A DNA stretch of 64,000 bases. Origin: Mytilus trossulus (lineage: Eukaryota). Below are positions 1-12,900 of the stretch, in pieces (the first letter of the stretch is position 1; each line of letters opens with the position of its first letter). The position numbers were made by a program, and so were the translations under genes. Under the pieces are notes generated by a model. It was not told the origin of the DNA, did no database searches, and saw only the letters and a list, made by a program, of their open reading frames with translations. The stretch lies in NCBI RefSeq assembly GCF_036588685.1, contig NC_086373.1, positions 76,260,001-76,324,000 on the forward strand. Direction: 5' to 3'.

Positions 1-969
1 TTGTTTTCATTTCTTCTTAAGTAATGTTTCTGTTAATAAACAAAATTAAGTGCTCTTCTTAGGTAAAGATTGCATGTAAGCAACCAAAACATCATCAGAT
101 TGACTTGTTATCTAAATGTTCCGAGGCTTATCACTACCGTTTTTGATAATAAAATATAGTGCATTCATCATAACACTCTATACATCCTATCCATAAGCAC
201 TTCCATAAACTTATCAATGTAATATATGCTCAGATATTTAAGGCACAAAAAGATGTAAGTCTTGTCAAGAAAATAACATAAATTTTGCAAGGTGCAGGAA
301 TTTAATATCTAATCTAAAAAAAAAAATAATGTCATTGTTAACCTCATCTTAAAAAAATTGGAGTTATCTTCCTTTGTCTAGAATAGCTGTTAAATAAACT
401 ACAACCAAATGCTATATTTAATAGTATTACTTCCCACTGGTGAATTGAAACAATCTTTACTGCTTAGTATTTTCATGCACTTGGATTTACTGTTGTCTGC
501 AATATATTGTTATGGAAGCAAGAAACAACAATCTTAAATTCAGTCATAGTTGGCATCAACATTTAGGTTCTGAACTTCTGACTATAGTTATGTTTTTTCG
601 ACATCAAAATCTTGGTGAAAATGAAAAACTGAGAACCTAAAATCTTCCGGTTGATATTTAAAAAAAAATATACTGTGTTTGGAAGGTTGAAAGAGATGAG
701 AATTATTGAAAGGAAGATACCTCAACAACTGTATATTTAATTATCCTTTTTATAGAAGAAAAACCATTATGAAATGTTTGATAGCACAGAAATTATAACA
801 TCTAAAACATGAACATCAAAATTGGCATAAATATACCATTTCCACCAAATTCAATGAAAAGATGGCCTTTTCCATTGATTTTTAGGACTGAAGCATTCAA
901 AGTATGTATACTTATTAAGTTATAATATCATGTTACTTTTGTTGAAACGTCACATCTTTCTTTTTTCAG

Positions 970-3900
970 GCTGAACGGTTGAGGATTGAGTTTGATAAAG
1001 AAAGCAATTTAAAGAAAAACTCCACAGATACTAATTTCTTGTTGAAGTTGACTAGCAAACTAGGTTACTTTTGTGATGTGAAGAAAGATGGCCAAAGACT
1101 GGTAGTTATTAGTTATGTTCTCTTGTATTAATTAAAACAAGTACATAATGTAACAACTTTGAACAAACCTTTTTCACTGCAGCATGATGCACCTTTAAAT
1201 CCTCTTAACTGATATACTGTATACCAGGTTATTTTTGCAGATTTGTAAAATTTCACTAATTTCATTGAATAAGGTATACAAAATATTTTGGCAGTTACTA
1301 TTTTGGCGGATTTATCAATAAATTTGCATGTGCACTATTGAATTGGCAGAATTTATTATGGCGATTTTGTATTATCCTGGAATATTTGCACCCCATGAAA
1401 ATAACCCTCTGTACTGTATTTCTTGCGATATGACCATGGTTTATGACTGAAGAACACATTATACTAAATAATTTTTGTTCAAACGTGAAGTTCACTTCCA
1501 TAAAATTTATGATTATAATGATTATCAAAGGAAAAATATTCGAACCTAATGGTTGGTAGGTTGAGAAACATTACTACACTAATGAAATTGAGAATGGAAA
1601 TGGGGAATGTGTCAAAGTGACAACAACCTGATCAAAGAGCAGGCAACAGCCGAAAACTATAAGCTTCCAATTATCAAACTAAGGAAAGCTGTTTTCAATG
1701 TAAACTAAAATTCTTACCTATGGTTGGTAGGTTGAGAAACATTACTACACTAATGAAATTGAGAATGGAAATGGGGAATGTGTCAAAGTGACAACAACCT
1801 GATCAAAGAGCAGGCAACAGCCGAAAACTATAAGCTTCCAATTATCAAACTAAGGAAAGCTGTTTTCAATGTAAACTAAAATTCTTACCTATGCTGAGGT
1901 AAATAATTGTTACGTTAAGAATAATTTATATATTATATAGTACTGAACATAATACATGTGATGATACATGTTCACTCTATAACACAAAACCCTGTTCTTC
2001 TGATTGTTTATAAATCATTTTTTCATTACGAAAGTTTGTTAATTTCATACTAAATCGGATACTAGTATTTTGTAATTAAAATCATTGAAAATAGGAAACT
2101 CAATTTTTTTTTTAATAACAGAAATTGATTGCCGTTTCATATTTGAAGAAAATATCTTACTAATGTAATATGATATGATTTCTATTACAGATTTGGCTTT
2201 GTCAGAATATAATGAAGTCAAAAGAAAATATTATTGCTGTGTTATATAGTCAAAAACCACAAAGATCATTTCTCATCAACAGATTGTTGGTTCTTTGCTT
2301 AAGGTATTTATATGAAATATTTATATCAGGCATATAATTAGAACCTATAGTTCAAGAATGAACTACATATACAAGACCTAAATAAATGTAGATATTTGTT
2401 TCTGACTGCTTCATTTGTAATGATTTTGACTATTTTATTGTTACTTAATTGATTTAAAAAGAAGACAAAATTCAGAAACATATTTGTTTTTAGTTTAAAA
2501 AAAAAATAGCAGTTATTTTTTTCTCATTTGATTTGTTTCATATTTTTCATATCAGAGCCTTTTATAGCTGACTATATGGTATAGGTTTTTCTGATTTTGA
2601 AAGGCTGTAGGATTGCCTATAATTGCTAAATTGCACTTCATTTGAACATGGGCAAATGTTTGTACATCTCACAATTATGTTTTGAATGTTACATTCAATC
2701 CTTTCAAGATTTAATTATACTCCCGCTTTAAAAAAGGGGGGGGGGTATACTGTTTTACCTCTGTCAGTCCGTCCGTCCTTCAGTCCGTCCGTCTGTCAGT
2801 CAGTCAGTCCCATGAAACTTTCGTCACATTTTTCTCAGGAACTACAATACAAGGATTTCTGAAATTTGGTTTCAGGATTTATCTAAGTCAGCTATACCGT
2901 GTGATGCGTTTTCAGATTGATCACTTGACAACTTCCTGTTTACCGAACACTTGTATGATTTTACACATGATAGCCAAGTTGAAAATTCGTCACATTTTTC
3001 TCAGGAACTACAATACAAGGATTTCTGAAATTTGGTTTCAGGATTTATATAAGTCAGCTATACCGTGTGATGCGTTTTCAGATTCATCACTCGACAACTT
3101 CCTGTTTACCGAACACTTGCATATTTTTACACTATTAATATTATCCACTTGCGGCGGGGGTATCATCAGTGAGCAGTAGCTCGCAGTTTTACTTGTTTAT
3201 TTATGCACTGAATAAATAGTATAATTAAAAAAAAATTACGTCAATATTTAAGTTCACATTAGTAAGATTATAATGTTTTGTTACATGTTGGTAACAATTT
3301 CTTTTTTTTTTAACAGATACTTGGTATCCATAGCTGATACATCACAACCTATAGCAGTACCAATGAGAATGTTGGAAACATTTACATCACAGACTCTGTA
3401 CAAAAATCACAGTCATTTGTCAGTTATTTGGTCCCACCTGATTGAAAAGGGTAAACAATATAGAATAGATACAATTAATTATCCATTTGCTGGACTGATG
3501 TTATTCAATCTTTAACCCATCAGCACAAACCAAAAAAGACATATAGCAAGCAGTACATAAATTATCTTCAATGAAGGATAAGTCAATAACGTATATATCA
3601 TGTGCAGACAAGTTGTAAATGAATTGAACAGAGATTGAGCTCAATATGTTGAAATGTCACAGAATCTGAAATACACAACCTGTCTATTCTCCTGTGCATT
3701 CTTCTAGCAGTTTCACGTTATGGTATGTTTTGTCTCTTAGGAGCAAACCACTAACAGTACCTGTACCTTTAATAATTGTGACTGGCAATTCTTGATATGA
3801 ATATTTCAAATCAGAAAATAGAACAAAAGAGTTCCATTTTGATATTATACAATTAAAGAAATGTAATTTTTCTGTTGTGTTAAATATTTTAAAAAGATAG

Positions 3901-6900
3901 AACCTAGAGTACTACTTTAATTTGTACATTTTCAGGTTACTTTGAGTATATGAGGACAATATTTGAAGCTAAAGTACCCTCTAACTTAGAGAAATCCACT
4001 GTACCACCAACACCACAGGCAGGCAGTATATTCTCCCTCATTATGTCACCTATTGTATTTGCTACAGAGGCGAAGAACAAAGTATTCAGGTCAGTATATT
4101 TGTGAAAGTACTTATACCTATATGTTTAGTTATCATGTTTGAATTATTTTTTGACTCCCTTATACTGTTAAAATTAAAAATATTTGATTATTCAAAAGAA
4201 CAAATAGAGTGGACACAAGTTTTGCATCTAAGTAACACTGATATAGTAGGATCATTAGATGTTTATTTGTTCAGGAACAGCACCTTTCACAGTTGTGTTA
4301 ATATGTAGTTCATTGCTTTACAGATTTATGTAAACTACACCATAAACCATTTATCTGTTTCCTTTTAATTTATGATTTTATCATTTCTATTAAGATTGTC
4401 TAACAATATTTTTAAAATTATAAAGTTTTCAAAATGGCTAAAGAAAAAATTGCTTGATAACTGCAATTTATCTTTGATTTACCAAACTTATAATTGATTT
4501 TTTTATTTTTATAGTCAGTTTATCCTGAAGTCCTTGTGTAGATCCTTCTTCTGTCCAGCCTTCAGTGAACAGATTGAACAATTTCTTCTACCAGCAATGG
4601 CTTACAATAAATTTCCATTCCCACTTGTTGAGCTCATACAAGCACTTCTTCAACAGACAAGTGATACCTCAAAGGTGAAATATCAAAGATGTGATGATAT
4701 GGAAGATATACCAAAGACGCAATGGTTATTAACTGCAGTAGTGACATTTGCTGAAAGATATTTGGGTAAACATTTGTTTGCTTTAGCCATTATTTTTATG
4801 GAATTACATGTACAATTGCTAGAATAAACTGAATAGTTATTGGAATGTCCAGTCCATCTATTTGATGTTTGGTGAAGGTTAAGAGTTCTTTTTCGATTAT
4901 TGAAAATGAATTGAGGTTGAAGAGATTGATTGTGTAAATAAAAATAAAGACTAAAAGAGTTATTTCTCTTTTAAGTTGCCCTTGTCATTGATCTATTATT
5001 TTAAACATATACTAAAACTGAAAACTGCAAAAATGATCTTGAATACAGGATCGATAAAAAAAAACAATGTTGGGTATATATGCAGCTGTCTTATTGACAT
5101 AACACCATTTCTCTACATTACATTTTATATGCATTATTGTGAAGTTTCTGTATTAATATCAGATTTATGTTAAAATAAAAGGGTTGCTATAATCATGGCC
5201 ATGATGTATATTGTATTTTTTGTAGATATTATGTCTACCCCAGATGTACTGAACTTACTGTTAGTTCTCAAACAACTTTTACCCTGTGTTGCTGTTCACA
5301 GTAAGTTTGGTTCTCATGAAGATTCTGATTCAGAAGAGGAGGAAATGGAAACAGATTCAAATATTGTAAGTTATTCTCAGCAAAGATTTTAAAATTCTAA
5401 AAGCATTAATGATGATAAAGCAATAGAGCTTCCACATGTATATATATTAGGAAGTATCAATTATGAGTCATAATGAAAAGTTTTCTGTCTCGCCTGTGAC
5501 AAATGTAGCAGGATATTTGTTCCAATTAGGCAAAGACATTTACTTTTTGTATAGTATAAAGTTTTATATTTTAGAAGGTAAAAGAACTGGTTACTTCATA
5601 GTTATTTGAGAAACCTTGTAAAATGTCAATAAAATATCATAATTTTATCACATAAAAAAGTCAGAATTAAAATAAAAACAACACAATAAACTCATTTCGT
5701 AGATCAGTTATAAACATTAAGTTTTCATAGTTAGGTCCAATTCTCAGAAACAAGGAGGCTATGAGCAACATGTCAACAGAATTTAATAAATTAAGTGATT
5801 TTATGTTGAACATACTGCCTTTCTGGGTTAATCTGGTCAATACATCATTTGCATGCTTCATTGCTTAACATTAAAGTTTCATGATTGGGTCCTTTTCTGA
5901 GATACTTTAAGCAATAAGTGGAATATATTTGTTATATATGTACAAAATGTAACAAATTTTAAAGGTGTAAAAATATCAGTTCCTTTACAAGGCAGTTAAT
6001 ATAACAGAGGACTAAAGTTACCTAGTGATTGGTAACTTTACATTCTTAATTGTGCTTTTTTTTAGGACAGTCATACCTTATATAAGATAAGAATTATTTC
6101 AGACTTTTTCCATGGATTACAATATGAAATGCTTTTAACTTTAAAATAAATCTTTTATAGAACTTCAAAAGTCAGCATGAAGATATTGTGGCATTTCTGA
6201 ATTCTCAGAAGTTTGTACATGCTGTTGTTAGATGTCTCAGTCAAAATAGAAAGTTAGATGAGCAAGACGTTTCATGTGTGTGTGTTATATGTTATTCTCT
6301 TATGTCACAGTTTAATCTATCCATCCATAAACAAAGGTAATTTATGATAGATTTATGAGTTAGACATCTTGAAACGACAACAAATCATATAAAATACCTA
6401 TATTCGGTACATGTTTGGGGATGATCGGCAGAACAAGGATTTCCTTTAGAATTGTCTGAAATGAATAAAAAAAACTAGCAGATATAACTAATCATTTAGT
6501 TTACAGAAAGAAACATGTTTTAAAAAAGTGTTCTAGTAAAATAATTACACCATAAACCATGCAATTATCAACTTTTTACCTTGCAGCTTTCAGTCCCACA
6601 AAGATTGTGCTAAACACCAACAACAGAATTGTTGAAATCAAAATTACTTTAGTGTATTAAGTTGATATTGCAAATTTACCATAGATTTATCAGAGTTTTA
6701 CAGGGACATTTTTAATAGCTGACCTTTTTTATAAAGTAAAAAATATTTCAACCATATGTCCTTAACAGTTTATTATTTAGACATGTAGGTTTTGAATGTG
6801 TTGTTTTTTTCAGACTTTTATACAGTTTAGCATTCAACAGAGAGTTCATGGTGAAGTTATGGTATACCTGTGTATCTATGTCTATCGTATCTGTTACAAG

Positions 6901-9900
6901 GTATAGTATAATATATTAAGCTTTCTGACTTAAAATATGTATATGTTTTTAAAATAGGAAAGTGCTGGTGAGATAGTTAGTCTTAACCAATAAAATTTCA
7001 ATTGTCACATGAGAAAGATACATATTAATTATTGATAACTGCTGCAGTTCAGCTCTTGTTTGACATTGTTAAAATTCTTGGCTAGTCATGTTGATATGAC
7101 CTTCATGGAATTAATGGTATGACAGATAAAAATTTGGAGTAATAATAGATTTTAAAGGGAGAAATAAGTTTTTGAAATTTTATGAATAATTTTTGAGTAA
7201 TTTTGTACACTTCAAAAATTTAGAAAGTGTAGTCATAAATAAACAAAAAAAAAAGATTTATTTTAAATGTGAGTGTGTATATTACAGAACTGAAACAACG
7301 TTATTACAAACATTATCTCGAGGATTACAGATGTCAGAGGAAGATATAAATCGTATTGTTCCAATGTTGTCCGTGTTTTGTGCCATGTTTAGTCATTCTC
7401 TGTATACATTACATGATGCTGATTTCTATGGAGAAACATTCAATGGTAAGTTAAATATAAAAAAGAGATGTGAGATATATTTCAAAGAGACAGCAATACA
7501 ACAATAGCAAATAAGACATCTAGGGGTCTTCAACTGTAGGCTATACTGTGTTTGAACCATTTCAATATGGCTATCTCTAAATAGTTTATTATAAAGGTTT
7601 CGTGTGGTGAATTTAAAAACAATAAATACTAACAACTCAGGTTTAAAATTTAGAGAAACACTGCCTTCTTTATCTTGATTCAGTGGCTTTGCCTGTAGTG
7701 GAGCAGATAGGTTGTTCAAACATCAGCCAGGGACAAAAGTTGCTGTATAGGCATTCAAAATGAAGGAATATGAACAAAAAGGAGCATTATTAGAGTTAAA
7801 ATATTGTACTCATGTAGTGTCAAATGTCTTCCTGCAGCCTTGCATGTTGTAAAACTTAGTTATTAGTAGCAAGTCTAAAAAAACAAACATTGTTCTTTGA
7901 CTATTTGAATAAAGTTGAACTAAGAAAATGGTGTTTAAAGATTAAAAAAAATCTCAGTTTTTTTTGTTGTTTTTTTTATTTTCAGATAAAACCAATAGTA
8001 TGCCCTTTTCTCTGGATGAGTTAGTACCAATGATATTGATGTTACGAGATTCCTGTCTAGGAATTATAGAACTAGCCCATCCTGATGCCAAACCAATGAT
8101 CACTGATGATTATAAAGAAGCTTTAAGAATCACTGGTGTCAGAGATGTAACCAAACAATCCAGAGATGAAGAAACAAGAAGATGGGCTTATTTATTCAAG
8201 GTGAAAAGATATATGTAGATATAGGAAGATGTGGTATGAGTGCCAATGGGCAACTCTCCATGGAAGTCGCACTTTAAAAAAGTAAACCATTATAGGTCAA
8301 GGTACAGTCTTCAACATGAAGCCTTGGCTCTCACTGAACAGCAAGCTATAAAGGGCTCTAAAAAATTACTAGTGTAAAACCACTCAAATGGGATAAAAAC
8401 GGGATACTCTATATAAAAAACTAGAAACACTTATAAACCACATCAACAAACCACAACTACTGAACATCAGATTCCTGACTTAGGACAGGTGCAAACAAAT
8501 GCAGCAAGTTTAAACATTTTAATGGTACCAAACCTTCACCCTTGTCTGAAATAATATGTACATGTATGTAACTATGTGTGAATGATTTTATTTTATATAT
8601 ATGATTTGGTAGGAAACAAATCAATTAATGAATGCTTTGTTAATATATCCAATAACAGGTTTTAAGACAGCATTCCATCATTAGTAAGGAGTCATATAGA
8701 TGTAATTAGGGCCCCGACTAAAAGTCGGGTCGCCCTATAGTGATCAGTCTGTCCGTCCGTCTGTCTGTCCGTCCGTAACACTTTAACTTTGTGTCCGCTC
8801 CATATCTAGAAAACCGTTATGATTTCATACTTTATACTTTACATGTTTATTAACCACCACCAGAGGGCGTGTCATGATGTATGTACAACTTTCTAGGTCA
8901 AAGGTCAAGGTAAAAAAACTTTGGTTTCAGTTGACAACCCTGTGTCCTGTGGTGATGATCGTGTCCGCTCTATATCTTGAGAACCCTTATGATTTCAAAG
9001 TTTATACTTGACATCCATTTTAACCAACACCAGAGGGTGTGTCATGATGTATGTACAACTTCCTAGGTCAAAGGTCAAGGTCAAAAACTTTGGTTTCAGT
9101 TGACAACCCCGTGTCCTGTGATGAAGATCATTTCCGCTACATATCTAGATAACCGTTCTGATTTTATACTTAATACTTAATATGTTTATTAACCAACACC
9201 AGAGGGTGTGTCATGATGTATGTACAACTGCCTAGGTCAAAGGTTAAGGTCAAAAACTTTGGTTTCAGTTGACAACCCTGTGTCCTGTGGTAAAGATCGT
9301 GTCCGCTCCATATCTGGATAACCTTTATGATTTCAAAGTTTATACTTGACATCCATTTTAACCACCATCAGATGGCGTGTCATGATGTATGTACAACTTC
9401 CTAGGTCAAAGGTCAAGGTAAAAAAAACTTTGGTTTTAGTTGACAACCCTGTGTCCTGAGTTGAAGATTGTGTCCGCTCTATATCTTGGGAACCGTTTTG
9501 ATTTCAAATATTATACTTGACATCCATTTTAACCAACACCAGAGGGTGTGTCATGATGTATGTACAACTTCCTAGGTCAAAGGTCTGTCTATCTGTTGGT
9601 CTGTCCATCGCTTACAATTTTGATTCACACTATATTTATTTACCCAACGTTATTGACAGCGGGGCCCACAGAGATGGCTTCCATCTCAATGATATCTAGT
9701 TATCTGAATTTGTCCTTATATAGTTCATTTAAGATCACAAAGTAAAACAATCTTATTGTTGTGAACCGTTTCATGTCAATATTTTCAGAGAATGTTTACA
9801 ATAAAATGAAAAATTATGTATAGTTGGAAAAAATTTAAAAGACAAAGATTTTAAGATGGCCTTTTAACCTAAAAATAGTCTCCTTAATGAGTTGTAGATC

Positions 9901-12900
9901 ACATAATATTTCAGTTTTAAACTATTTTAAGTAAGATACTTGATTATTAAGGCAAAGTCGATATTTCACTGTTCAAAACTGTAATACAAGTAATATCTCT
10001 TAAAGATAAGTTTTTTAATGTAATTCTGAAACAATATAGAAATCAAGGCTGTTAGTCTACCATTTGTTTTTCTAATGTAAACTTTTAAAGAATGAACATT
10101 TTTATTATCTGTAAATGTGAAATATATTCATTTATGTTATAGGTGATAGCAACATTAGTAAGACAGATCTATATCAGAGATGCCAGACGATCTTTTTGTC
10201 CTAGACAAATGTGGTTATCTGATAGAGTACATATACAGGCTGATAAGGTAAGATATTTTTATGACGGAACTGTAGTGGAAGGGATATTAAGTTTTACCCT
10301 TGTTCGTCTACAGGTCAGTCAAAGCGTACTTGCTTCCCAAAGTATGTTTTCCTTCCCTCTAGTTTGTCTCAACCAATTGTTATGAAACTTATTCACAATG
10401 ATTAAAACAACAAAACACAGATTAAGTTTGAATTTTGGTGGCATCATTATCATTACTTTAAAGCAGTTGTAGAGTTATGTTCCTTTACAAGTGGAAAAAT
10501 TGCTGAGTTTGTTGTTTCTGTTCTCCAACTTTATTTTGCCTCAACCAAATGTTATGAAACTTTTACACAATGCTTATTACTACAAAATACAGATTGAGTT
10601 TGAGTTACTTTTAACCATTGTAGGGTTATAACTTGCATCTTTAACAAATAGAACAAATTGCTATTTTTTTTAGTTTCAGTTCTCTTACTTTGGTTTGAAT
10701 TTGGGTAGCATCACTTTCACACCGTTCTTGAGGTCTTTTTAACGTAATATGCCAGTGGGGCAATATCTGTGTCAAATAGACACATTCTGCATTAATCAAT
10801 TTATTATTTTATTTTTCTTGAAGATTACTTTTATTTCTGTTCAACATTTTTAGCTCACCTGGCCCAAAGGGCCAAGTGAGCTTTTCTCATCACTTAGCGT
10901 CCGGCGTCCGGCTTTAGCTTTTACAAAAATCTTCTCCTCTGAAACTACTAGGCCAAATCAAACCAAACTTGGCCACAATCATCATTGGGATATCTAGTTT
11001 AAAAATTGTGTTTTGTGACCGGGCAAACAACCAAGATGGCCGCCACGGCTAAAAATAGAACATATGGTAAAATGCAGTTTTTGGCTTATAACTCAAAAAC
11101 CAAAGCATTTAGAGCAAATCTGACATGGAGTAAAAATGTTTATCAGGTCAAGATCTATCTGCCCTGTAATTTTCAGATGAATCGGTCAATCGGTTGTTGG
11201 GTTGCTGCCCCTGAATTGGTAATTTTGAGGAAATTTTGCTTTTTTTGGTTATTATCTTGAATATTATTATAGATAGAGATAAACTGTAAACAGCAATAAT
11301 GTTCAGCAAAGTTAGATCTTCAAATAAGTCAACATGACCAAAATGGTCAGTTGACCCGTTTAGGAGTTATTGCCCTTTATAGTCAATTTTTAACCATTTT
11401 TCATAAATTAAAGTTATCTTTTACAAAAATCTTCTCCTCTGAAACTACTGATCCAAATTAATCCAAACTTGGCCACAATCATCTTTTGGGTATCTAGTTT
11501 AAAAAATGTGTGGCGTGACCTGGTCAACCAACCAAGATGGCCGCCACGGCTAAAAATAGAACATAGGGGTAAAATGCAGTTTTTAGCTTATAACTCAAAA
11601 ACCAAAGCATTTTGAGGAAATCTGACAGGGATAAAAATGTTTATCAGGTCAAGATCTATCTGCCCTGAAATTTTCAGATGAATCGGTCAATTGGTTGTTG
11701 GGTTGCTGTCCCTGAATTGGTAATTTTGAGGAAATTTTGCTGTTTTTGGTTATTATCTTGAATATTATTATAGATAAAGATAAACTGTAAACAGCAATAA
11801 TGTTCAGCAAAGTAAGATCTACAAATAAGTCAACATGACCAAAATGGTCAGTTGACCCGTTTAGGAGTTATTGCCCTTTATAGTCAATTTTGAACCATTT
11901 TTCGTAAATTAATGTTATCTTTTGCAAAAATCTTCTCCTCTGAAACTACTGATCCAAATTAATTCAAACTTGGCCACAATCATCTTTGGGGTATATAGTT
12001 TGAAAAATGTGTCCAATGACCTGGCCATTCAACCAAGATGGGGCCACGGCTAAAAATAGAACATAGGGGTAAAATGCAGTTTTTGGCTTATAACTCAAAA
12101 ACCAAAGCATTTTGAGGAAATCTGACATGGGATAAAAATGTTTATCAGGTCAAGGTCTATATGCCCTGAAATTTTCAGATGAATTGGACAACTGGTTGTT
12201 GGGTTGCTGCCCTCCAATTGGTAATTTTTAAAGAAATTTTGACGTTTTTGGTTATCTTGAATACTATTATAGATAGCGATCTACAAATAAGTCAACATGA
12301 CCTAAATGGTCAATTGACCCCTTAAGGAGTTATTGCCCTTTATAGTCAATTTTTAACAATTTTCATTAATTTGGTAAATTTTTGTAAATTTTTTACCAAA
12401 TATAGTTCTCTGTTTCTAATGGGCAAAGTTCATTATAGATATAATTGTAAAAAGCAAAATTGTCTGTAAAGTAAGAACTTCAAACACATCACCATCACCA
12501 AAATACAATTTTGTCATGAATCCATTTGTGTCCTTTGTTATAAAATATGCACATAGACCAAGGTGAGCGACACAGGCTCTTTAGAGCCTCTAGTTTATTG
12601 GATTTCAAGGCTAAATATCACCAAAGAAGGAATACAAATTGGTTCTAGTATTATTTTTCAATGAACATCTTGTATAGTATTATTTTTTTGCATGTAACAT
12701 TTAATGTTAGAGTTGTTTATCTTTTCAGCCATCTCAAATTTACAGAGCACAAGGTTCAGTCTTCACAAGAAGACCTTTTGGTACAATGAGATCATTGACA
12801 AAAGTTAAAATTGGTAAGTCATGAAAGATTGGTGCTGTCTCTTTTAAAGTTTGCCCCACTTTCTCTTTAGTTATATCAAAAGATTATGAATGCAATTTTT

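Noticed and set aside
6066-6105. Possible extra UBE3C micro-exon after TTTTAG
   Set aside because: No suitable donor, and exons 5365 and 6161 already join in phase 0.
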